A DNA stretch of 64,000 bases from Gloeobacterales cyanobacterium (GTDB lineage: Bacteria > Cyanobacteriota > Cyanobacteriia > Gloeobacterales > Anthocerotibacteraceae), in assembly GCA_038226175.1 (NCBI GenBank), contig JBBRQP010000008.1, forward strand, positions 2,711 to 66,710. Reading direction: 5' to 3'. Of the stretch, positions 56,451-64,000 are shown in pieces. Made by a program: the position numbers and the translations under genes. The number at the start of each line of letters is the position of its first letter. The first letter of the stretch is position 1. The notes beneath the pieces were generated by a model. It had not been told where the DNA came from and did not search any database. It saw nothing but the letters and a program-made list of their open reading frames with translations.

Positions 56451-58146
56451 GTGAATCCTGGACATGATGATCCATACAATTTAGAACAAGAAAATGCCTA
56501 TTATTTGGTTCAAAATTCTGTGCTCTTGGCCTTGAATTGTGAGGGTCACATCGAACAGGTCAGTCCCTCTGTAATACGTATCTTGGGATATAGGCCAACT
56601 AACCTGGTTGGCACAAGCTTTTTTGATTATTTACACCCTGATGATTTGCCGATCATCCGTGCAGTTTTTTTTGATGCGCTTTGGAGAACCGAACTCGCTG
56701 TCATGACCGATTTTCGCTTTCGTCATGCCCAAGGTAGCTGGACTTATCTCGAATCTATGGGAACTATTACTAATCGGCAGGGATATCATGTGCTTGACTG
56801 CCACGACATCACCGAACGTAAACGCATTGAAGAAGCCCTCCGTCAGCAACACGAACACTCCGCTGAGCTCGCGCAACAACTGGTTGAGGCTAACCACTAT
56901 CTTGAGGATCAAGTCAGCGAACGCACGGCTCAATTAGCACGCGCCTTAGCCTACGAAGCCGTCCTCAAACGCATCACCGATAAGGTGCGCGATAGCCTAG
57001 ACGAGCAGCATATCTTTAAAACAGCGGTACTGGGAGTTGGGCTTGACGACTAAGTCTGATCGCTGTTTGGTTGCATTCCACGACCAAGAGCAGCAACTAG
57101 CGACGCTTACTTATGAATATAAAAAGCACAGAAATCGCCATTCCTTTGCTGGCACCAATATTCCTATGCATGAAGCCCATGAGGTGTATGCACAGCTTCT
57201 GGCTGGCGAACACTACTATGCTCAATCGGCACAGATTGGTCAAGTGGCTTGTTTTCAGACGGTTGCCGATTATTTATTTTGCCCCATTTCCCATGACCTT
57301 AGGGTAATTGGCAATTTGGTTTTGACTCATCCGCCGGGGCAAGGCTTTGATGCCTTGGAGATTCGTCTGGTCGAGCAAGTAGCCAATCAATGCGCCATTG
57401 CCCTACGTCAAGCCCGCCTCTATCAGGAAGCACAAAGTCAAGTAGCCGAATTACAAAAACTAGCCCAGCTCAAAAATGATTTTCTGAGTACGGTATCTCA
57501 TGAGTTACGTACCCCCATGACCAATATCAAAATGGCGGTAGTGATGCTCAAAGAGCATGTTGTGGAACCTCGCGGACAACGTTATATGGAAATTCTTGAA
57601 AATGAATGTACCCGCGAAATCAATCTCATCAATGACCTTTTGGAGTTACAGCGCATTGAGGCTGATGATCCCAATCCTGTTAACCTACAGCCCATCTACC
57701 TAGAGCAATGGTTACCTTCTTTGGTTGCCCCTTATCTGATCCGTACCCATAAACAACAACAGACCTTTCATTTGACGATCGCCGAGCTGCTCCCGCCATT
57801 GCTCTGTGATACCGCCAAACTCCACCGTATTCTGACCGAACTCTTAAATAATGCCTGCAAATACACCACAGCCCAAGGGACGATTGTGATGCGAGCAGAT
57901 ATGGAAAATAAAGCCTTTCGCTTTACAGTGAGTAACACTGGTACATCAATTGCGCCCCCAGAATTGGAGCGTATGTTTGAGAAGTTTTATCGCATTCCCA
58001 ACGATAATCCCTGGCAGCAAGGCGGCACTGGCTTAGGTCTTGCCCTAGTCAAAAGTTTAATCAAACAACTCAGAGGTACAATTACGGCGATGAGTGTCGA
58101 TGGATACACAACTTTCACCATAATGCTGCCAAATCAGCCACAATGA
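56451..58146 (+). pseudogene. PAS-GAF sensor histidine kinase interrupted by a +1 frame change near 57030-57053 (pseudogene or sequencing error)
   Basis: ORF 56451-57053 carries the PAS domain and the start of a GAF domain (...ITDKVRDSLDEQHIFKTAVLGVG). ORF 57037-58146 continues the GAF domain (SDRCLVAF...), then HisKA (FLSTVSHELRTPMTNI) and HATPase (NNACKYT, GGTGLGLALV). The two frames overlap by 17 nt. Confidence 0.7.
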
Positions 58147-58165
58147 GAAAGATTTTTATTGAAGG

Positions 58166-58615
58166 ATGACTGTGCAAGAACTTGATCTCGAAGCAACGAT
58201 TGCTTTGCTTAATGCAATTATGGAATACGAATTGGCGGGAGTTGTCCGTTACACTCACTTTTCGCTGATGGTGACCGGTCCTAACCGTTTGCCGATTGTA
58301 CAATTTTTTAAGGCTCAAGCTAGTGAATCACTTCTTCATGCTCAGCAAGCTGGGGAGATCTTGACAGGACTCGACGGTCATCCAAGTCTTAAGATTGCAC
58401 CGATTGAGGAAACTCACCGTCACGCAATCCGGGATGTTTTGGAAGAGAGCTTTAACCATGAAAAAGCCGCGCTCGCGCTTTATAAACAGCTCCTTGTTAC
58501 TGTGCAAGACCGTAGTGTCTTCCTCGAAGAATATACCCGTACGATCATTGGCAAAGAAGAAATGCATGTGATTGAGCTTAGAAAAATGTTGCGCGACTAC
58601 AGCATCGCTGCGTAA
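58166..58615 (+). CDS. Ferritin-like / Dps-family protein
   Basis: 149 aa four-helix-bundle pattern with the di-iron-type ligands E..H (MEYELAG...YTHF, ESLLHAQ, NHEKAA, EEMHVIE). Confidence 0.7.
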   Translation: MTVQELDLEATIALLNAIMEYELAGVVRYTHFSLMVTGPNRLPIVQFFKAQASESLLHAQQAGEILTGLDGHPSLKIAPIEETHRHAIRDVLEESFNHEKAALALYKQLLVTVQDRSVFLEEYTRTIIGKEEMHVIELRKMLRDYSIAA

Positions 58616-58704
58616 CCGTAGGCATAAGTTGGGCTCAAACACTCAGCCGGCCACTTTACGCTCGCAATCAAGCATCAGTAGCAGCGCAGCAAATTTTTGA
58701 TAAA

Positions 58705-58738
58705 CAAAAAAGCCGCTCTTGTGGAAGCGGCTTTTTTA
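58705..58738. terminator. Bidirectional rho-independent terminator between the Dps-like gene and glnN
   Basis: It reads AAAAAA, then AGCCGCT (58711-58717), loop CTTGTGGA, AGCGGCT (58726-58732), then TTTTT. This is a perfect 7-bp stem flanked by A and T runs. Confidence 0.75.
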
Positions 58739-58755
58739 TACTTAAAGTTCAAGCA

Positions 58756-60927
58756 CTACTTAATAAAAAGCATTTCTTGATAAGTAGGCAATGGCCACAG
58801 TTCATCGGCGATTTCGGCTTCGAGAGCATCTACATCGACGCGTACATCATCCATTTGCGGGCGGATTGTCTGAGCCGCAAACTGAAGATGGTCTTCGAGG
58901 GCTGCAAAATCATGCTTCTCAATGCTTTCATCAAGAGTTTTGATTTTAGCCATCATCGAAGAAACCAAGGTGGCAATCGTCTTAACAGTTTCTCTTTCGA
59001 GGGTAATACCCAAGCCATCCAAACTGCTAATCGTTTCGCTTAAGACCGAAAGGTACTTGACAGCGGCTGGGTAGATGATCGTTTTGGACATGCTCACAAC
59101 GAGCTTGGCTTCCACTTCGATTGATTTGAGGTACTGCTCAGCGTAGGTCTCAAAGCGGCTAGCCAACTCAACAGGCGTCAGTACGCCAGACTTGTCAAAC
59201 AGATCACGGATATCTTCTTGCTTAAGAACCGGCAGCGCGTCAGCGGACGTACGCAAGTTAGCCAAACCCCGTTTAGCGGCAAGTTGGTGCCATTCATCGG
59301 AATAGCCATTACCGTTAAAGACGACTGCGCCATGCTCTTCAATCACTTCCTTGAGGATGGTTTGAATGGCTGCGTAGAGTTCGGTGCCTTGAGCTAATTC
59401 AGCGTCAAGTTTGTTAGCGATCCAGTCAAGAGAATCTGCCAAGATCGTGTTCATCGCCACCAAAGGTCCAGACACAGACTGACCGGAGCCCACCGCACGA
59501 AACTCAAAACGATTACCCGTAAAGGCAAAAGGCGAAGTACGGTTACGGTCTCCAGCATCTTTGGGCAATTCCGGTAGGGTATCTACACCCAAGTGCATGA
59601 CTCCTCTAGCCTGAGAACCAGTCAAAGCACCCTGACGAATTTGCTCGAATACATCTTCGAGCTGAGAACCTAAATAAATCGAGATGATCGCAGGCGGTGC
59701 TTCGTTAGCCCCTAGACGGTGATCATTACTCGCAGAAGCAATGACCGCACGTAGTAAAGGGCCGTATTTGTGAACTCCCCGAATCACTGCGCCACAAAAC
59801 AGCAGGAATTGGGCATTGGCATGGGGAGTGTCACCGGGGTCTAAGAGATTACCTTGGGTAGCATTGCCCACCGACCAGTTGACGTGCTTACCTGAACCAT
59901 TGATGCCAGCAAAGGGCTTCTCATGGAGTAGACAGACAAAGCCATGTTGTTTGGCAGTATTACGCAAGATCGTCATCAACAATTGTTGGTGGTCACTCGC
60001 GACGTTCGCCGCTTCAAAGTAAGGCGCGATTTCAAACTGACCGGGGGCGACTTCGTTGTGGCGGGTCTTGGCGGGGATGCCCAAGCGATAGAGTCTTTCT
60101 TCGACATCTTGCATGAAGACTTGCACGCGCTCAGGGATTGCCGCGAAGTAATGATCTTCAAATTGTTGACCCTTGGGCGAGGGTCTACCAAACAATGTAC
60201 GGCCTGTCAAGAGTAAGTCAGGGCGTAAGTTAGCAAAATTGGCATCGACCAAGAAATATTCTTGCTCGGCGCCACAGCTAGAGTTGACGGGTGCAACCAT
60301 TGTGTTACCCAATTGCTTGAGTACCCGGGTTGCCGCTTTATTCATCGCTGCGATCGAACGCAAGAGAGGTGTTTTTTTGTCGAGAGCTTCACCCGTCCAC
60401 GACACAAAAGCCGTCGGAATACACAGGGTCATGCCATTGTCTGTTTCCATGACATAGGCTGGGCTTGTGACATCCCAGGCAGTATAGCCGCGAGCTTCAA
60501 AGGTCGAACGAATCCCACCATTAGGGAAAGAAGAAGCATCAGGTTCCCCCTGAATCAGCAATTTACCAGCAAATTCGGAGATGACCGAGCCGTCACTTTG
60601 TACCGAGATAAAACCATCATGTTTTTCGGCAGTGGCATTCGTTAAAGGATAAAAGACGTGGGAGTAATATAGCGCACCCTTAGAAACAGCCCAATCTTTC
60701 ATCGCTGCAGCTACGGCATCAGCGACCGATGCATCCAGTTTTTCGCCCGATTCGATCGTCTTTTTGAGAGATTTGAAGACAGTTTTGGGCAAGCGTTCTT
60801 GCATCTTAGCCAGGGTAAATACATCCGCTGCCCAGAGTTCTTCTAAACGTTTTGGTGCTTTGGCAGGCTTTGTTGCCCGATTAGTTATTTCATGAATTGC
60901 TTTGACGCGTGACTCGTTGCCGCTCAT
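58756..60927 (-). CDS. glnN: Type III glutamine synthetase
   Basis: About 723 aa. Its length and motifs (NGSGKH.NWS, the [10 protein letters not shown] region) match GlnN. I prefer the start at 60927 because AAGGAAGG lies upstream; the ORF is open to 60987. Confidence 0.9.
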   Translation of the reverse strand: MSGNESRVKAIHEITNRATKPAKAPKRLEELWAADVFTLAKMQERLPKTVFKSLKKTIESGEKLDASVADAVAAAMKDWAVSKGALYYSHVFYPLTNATAEKHDGFISVQSDGSVISEFAGKLLIQGEPDASSFPNGGIRSTFEARGYTAWDVTSPAYVMETDNGMTLCIPTAFVSWTGEALDKKTPLLRSIAAMNKAATRVLKQLGNTMVAPVNSSCGAEQEYFLVDANFANLRPDLLLTGRTLFGRPSPKGQQFEDHYFAAIPERVQVFMQDVEERLYRLGIPAKTRHNEVAPGQFEIAPYFEAANVASDHQQLLMTILRNTAKQHGFVCLLHEKPFAGINGSGKHVNWSVGNATQGNLLDPGDTPHANAQFLLFCGAVIRGVHKYGPLLRAVIASASNDHRLGANEAPPAIISIYLGSQLEDVFEQIRQGALTGSQARGVMHLGVDTLPELPKDAGDRNRTSPFAFTGNRFEFRAVGSGQSVSGPLVAMNTILADSLDWIANKLDAELAQGTELYAAIQTILKEVIEEHGAVVFNGNGYSDEWHQLAAKRGLANLRTSADALPVLKQEDIRDLFDKSGVLTPVELASRFETYAEQYLKSIEVEAKLVVSMSKTIIYPAAVKYLSVLSETISSLDGLGITLERETVKTIATLVSSMMAKIKTLDESIEKHDFAALEDHLQFAAQTIRPQMDDVRVDVDALEAEIADELWPLPTYQEMLFIK

Positions 60928-61110
60928 GTTCCCTTCCTTAAAAAGAAAAATCTTTGTTAGACCGCTAGCATAATTTGCTGTGCGCAAGGGGAATGTATTG
61001 TAGATAACAAAATAACGTTAGATCAGAGATTGCAAGTGTTGATTTTACCTAGATTACGTGATTGCGCTCTACTACCTAGCGAGAGACTACAAAAAATCGT
61101 GCCTATGCAC

Positions 61111-62859
61111 CTAGGCAACTACGGCTGATTCCATCTGATATTGCACCCATAACTGCCGATAAAAGCCATTAGCCTGTAATAGTTGCTCGGGTGACCCGCA
61201 TTCAACCAGATGACCTTGATCGAGTACGAGCACGCGGTCGGCACGGGCGGCCGCCGTCAGGCGATGGGTAATAAAAATGACAGTCTTACGGCTCTGGCTA
61301 CTGAGATTATTAAGGATATTTTCGGCAGTTTCGTTATCCACACTAGAGAGCGCGTCATCGAGAATGAGTACCTGCGAATCCATGATCAAAGCTCTCGCCA
61401 AGGCTACCCGCTGACGCTGACCACCAGATAGGGTGATCCCACGCTCACCAACGAGAGTTTCATAACCCTGGGGAAATGTCATAATCTCATCATGAACCCG
61501 AGCTAATTTTGCCGCCTCAATAATTTTATCCAGGGCGGTATCAGGACGACCGTAGCGGATATTCTCGGCAACTGTGGCTCCAAATAAAAAGCTTTCTTGC
61601 GGTACATAAGCCATCTGATAACGCAAGTCCGTCAACCGCAACTGAGTAATATCGTGCTCGTCCAAAAAAAGCTGGTTCGCCTCGATTTCAAGTAAACGGC
61701 ACAGGGCATTGGCAAGGGTCGTTTTACCTGATCCCACAGCACCGACCACAGCGACGACTTCACCGGGTTTGATCACAAAACTCACATGGTCTAGGGCTGG
61801 CGTTTTGATACCCGGATAGGTGAAAGTCAGATCCTGTGCTCGAATTAGACCTTCTACCGTACTCAGGCTTTGAGCATTGGGAGCATCTTGGATCGAAGGC
61901 GGGGCATCAATGATCGATTCGATGCGTTCGATACTGACTTGTCCACGTTGGAAAGAGGTAATTGTAAACCCTAATAATGCGGTGGGAAAAACTAGCCGTT
62001 CGACATAGACCGTCAGAGCTGTCAGTGAACCAATGGTCAGAGTCCCGGCGGCTAAACGCGGTCCGCCAAAAGCAATGATAATAATCACACTCGCTGCTGC
62101 CATGCCACCAAGGATAGGAAATAACAGGTTACGGCTTAGTGCCAGACGCACGTTAGCGTCCCGTAGCCGATAGTTGCGCTCCTGAAAAGCCCGACGTTCG
62201 TTTTCTTCTTGGGCATAAACTTTAATTAGCGCAATCCCACTGAGATCCTCTTGAATCAAATTACTGACATCGCCGATCTCTTCTTGCACGGCGAGTTGCT
62301 CTTCGCGCAGACGACTACTAAAGACCAGCACCACACTGAGCATGATTGGATAAACCAACATGGATAAAAAGGTCAGCTGACCGTCTAGCGCTATCATCAG
62401 GGGCAAGGTAAATAGATAAGCAAAAAAAGTATTGACAATACTCAACACCGAAAACCCTAAAAGGCGACGGATATTGTCCACATCATTGGTGGCACGGCTA
62501 ATCAAATCACCAGCAGAGTTTTGACCAAAGTAAGATGGAGCCATCTGTAAAAGATGTTCAAACAAGCGTTTTTTGATACTAAATTCAACTTGTCGCCCAA
62601 TCCCAAACAAGAGTTGTCGTGAATAAACCCGGACACCCAGCATCACAATCGCTAGACCTACTAACCATAGACAATTAGTCGCTAGACTGGCATTATTGAT
62701 ACCTTTACCCAGACTATCTACTGTATCTTTGATGCGCCAGGGAATGTACACCCCCAACAAATTTGTTACCAGTAGCGACCCAATACCCAATAACAACGCT
62801 GTGGTGTTGGGCTTGAGATAACTGACCATCTTTGACCAAAAAGGATAGGCTGCCATCAT
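61111..62859 (-). CDS. ABC transporter permease/ATP-binding fusion (exporter type)
   Basis: It has six N-terminal TM segments, Walker A GAVGSGKTT, the signature LSGGQRQR and Walker B LILDDALS. The start is probably the Met at 62859; the ORF is open to 62928. Confidence 0.9.
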   Translation of the reverse strand: MMAAYPFWSKMVSYLKPNTTALLLGIGSLLVTNLLGVYIPWRIKDTVDSLGKGINNASLATNCLWLVGLAIVMLGVRVYSRQLLFGIGRQVEFSIKKRLFEHLLQMAPSYFGQNSAGDLISRATNDVDNIRRLLGFSVLSIVNTFFAYLFTLPLMIALDGQLTFLSMLVYPIMLSVVLVFSSRLREEQLAVQEEIGDVSNLIQEDLSGIALIKVYAQEENERRAFQERNYRLRDANVRLALSRNLLFPILGGMAAASVIIIIAFGGPRLAAGTLTIGSLTALTVYVERLVFPTALLGFTITSFQRGQVSIERIESIIDAPPSIQDAPNAQSLSTVEGLIRAQDLTFTYPGIKTPALDHVSFVIKPGEVVAVVGAVGSGKTTLANALCRLLEIEANQLFLDEHDITQLRLTDLRYQMAYVPQESFLFGATVAENIRYGRPDTALDKIIEAAKLARVHDEIMTFPQGYETLVGERGITLSGGQRQRVALARALIMDSQVLILDDALSSVDNETAENILNNLSSQSRKTVIFITHRLTAAARADRVLVLDQGHLVECGSPEQLLQANGFYRQLWVQYQMESAVVA

Positions 62860-63148
62860 TCTAGTGTAGAGGAAAATCTCTAGTATAGGCTTTGGCTGTC
62901 TAGGCTTGGCGTAACGGCAAGCACTCATTTTTCGGCTATTTGACCAAGTCGGGCATATTAATCAAGGTGTCTTATGGCTATGTCAAGTTTCTTGCGTCAA
63001 CTATGCTCTAGCTCGACTAACGATAACTGTTCTACTTGCTGTTGAATTTCTGCGGGCAGCTAATTTTTGGATGTGATGTATGGAGAGATGGCGTTTTTGG
63101 GCTAAAGCGGCTGAAGCAATCCACTCAGGTTTGAAAGTAGGCAATAAA

Positions 63149-63388
63149 TTACTGTATATCCTGCTGATTATCAGCAAAACGACTGCGTAAGAGCATATTC
63201 TGAAATCGTTGACTAGTCTCACGGGCTAGAGACTTTAACTGTTCATCGGAAGCGGCTTGGAGACCACATTCACGGAGTAGTCCTTCTACTACCACGTCAA
63301 CCATTGGCATCCGCGAGTTCTTTTGGTACTCTTCCCAGCAAATAGCAGCGGCTTTGGTAACAATTACATCAAGGATGGCTTGGGGCAT
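63149..63388 (-). CDS. Hypothetical protein (79 aa)
   Basis: The call rests on the ORF only. I recognise no motif, and there is no clear Shine-Dalgarno sequence. Confidence 0.3.
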   Translation of the reverse strand: MPQAILDVIVTKAAAICWEEYQKNSRMPMVDVVVEGLLRECGLQAASDEQLKSLARETSQRFQNMLLRSRFADNQQDIQ

Positions 63389-63537
63389 GGGGTAACAAGA
63401 AATTAGGGGTTTCGCGCTCTCACAATAGCATCAATTCTTGCCTTAACACTTGCTAGCTAAGCGTTTAACATGAAAATTATGGTCAATATTGTGATTTGAC
63501 TCATATAAGACGTAATTTCGCCGTTTTTGTTTCCGAT

Positions 63538-64000
63538 CTAAGGCTGTAACCGTCTCACTAATGCACTGAGACGGTCGTAATCATCTTTGAGCAAAAGACT
63601 GACTTCGCGCCCAGCTTGTACCAGCCAGTCGCGGGAGCGGTTGTGAGCTTGGTAGCCTTGGCGCAAGGACGCAGCGACCAATTCATCGACGGGCGCACCA
63701 GAAACTTGCAACAACGTCCGCAAAAAGGTCAGCTCCTGAGAAAATCGTGCTACTTCGACTAAGCTACACACGTTCACGGGTTGATGAATTTGAGGCGGAT
63801 GGGCGGGTAAATATTGATAGATACTGCGCCCTTCGCCATAGCCTACGATCACACAGCGAAATTCAGTTTTGAGCATCTCAAAAATTTGTGGTTGCTCATC
63901 GCGTAATTGTTGAACTGATAACCCTAAGGCGCGGGCGCGATGGACTGAGTCAATTGAGGAGGTAGTGGCAAAATAAACAATGCCATAAATATCGCTATTA
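63538..64000 (-). CDS. Conserved-looking hypothetical protein, 5' end outside the window
   Basis: The frame stays open to the window edge: ...SDIYGIVYFATTSSIDSVHRARALGLS...RCVIVGYGEG...HPPQIHQPVNVCSLVEV...DELVAASLRQGY...LLKDDYDRLSALVRRLQP*. I cannot assign a family with confidence. Confidence 0.5.
   Translation of the reverse strand, partial: NSDIYGIVYFATTSSIDSVHRARALGLSVQQLRDEQPQIFEMLKTEFRCVIVGYGEGRSIYQYLPAHPPQIHQPVNVCSLVEVARFSQELTFLRTLLQVSGAPVDELVAASLRQGYQAHNRSRDWLVQAGREVSLLLKDDYDRLSALVRRLQP

Noticed and set aside
59816-60645. Several plus-strand ORFs opposite glnN.
   Set aside because: They are antisense shadows of the GlnN CDS.
62997-63388. Three overlapping minus-strand reading-frame pieces that could be one decayed gene: 63149-63388, 63001-63222, and a 20-codon tail ending LPAEIQQQVEQLSLVELEHS* at 62997.
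   Set aside because: There is no recognisable family to anchor a reconstruction. The middle piece has odd composition and a GTG start. Only the 79-aa ORF is kept, as a low-confidence CDS.
1-64000. CRISPR arrays, rRNA operons, IS transposases and prophage genes.
   Set aside because: I scanned the intergenic regions and the ORF list. I found no regularly spaced direct repeats, no rRNA-like sequence, and no transposase, integrase or phage structural genes.

Overview
This is a cyanobacterial chromosomal segment. The evidence is two CpcS/CpeS-type phycobilin lyases, NDH-1 subunits NdhH and NdhN, an SLH/OprB-type porin, GlnN, and Uma2 and DUF4351-type proteins. About 60 genes are packed tightly on both strands, and most are housekeeping: secF, secG, metF, hrcA, a fur-family regulator, thiO, mtnP, tal, pdxA, ruvB, fba, rsmA, plsC, mazG, crcB, glnN, plus tRNA-Met(CAU) and tRNA-Leu(CAA). 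Several accessory or decaying patches interrupt this core.

1. **Three-gene cassette, 17332-18914 (best candidate for an undescribed system).** It is AT-rich and translationally coupled. It encodes a TIGR04255-like protein and two orphan proteins, and is bracketed by a 10-nt direct repeat. It sits between mtnP and a lyase gene. I propose a defence or toxin-type module.
2. **Type I restriction-modification island (hsdR-hsdM-hsdS).** It carries a DUF4351/Rpn-like gene, a remnant of a second copy of that gene, and a nested-palindrome MITE-like repeat.
3. **Decayed Phd/YefM-VapC toxin-antitoxin pair**, next to a copy of the same dispersed repeat.
4. **Iron-uptake locus.** Two paralogous TonB-dependent receptors flank a GST, with a ferric-reductase-like membrane protein and a Fur-box-like palindrome.
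5. **Ras-like GTPase cluster.** It comprises a coiled-coil protein, a membrane protein, the GTPase, and a frameshifted PAS-GAF histidine kinase.
6. **ruvB followed 3 nt later by a lone NurA-type nuclease gene.**
7. **An LMW-PTP/fructosamine-kinase fusion.**

No CRISPR array, rRNA, integrase or transposase was seen. All family assignments come from reading motifs by eye. No database search was run.
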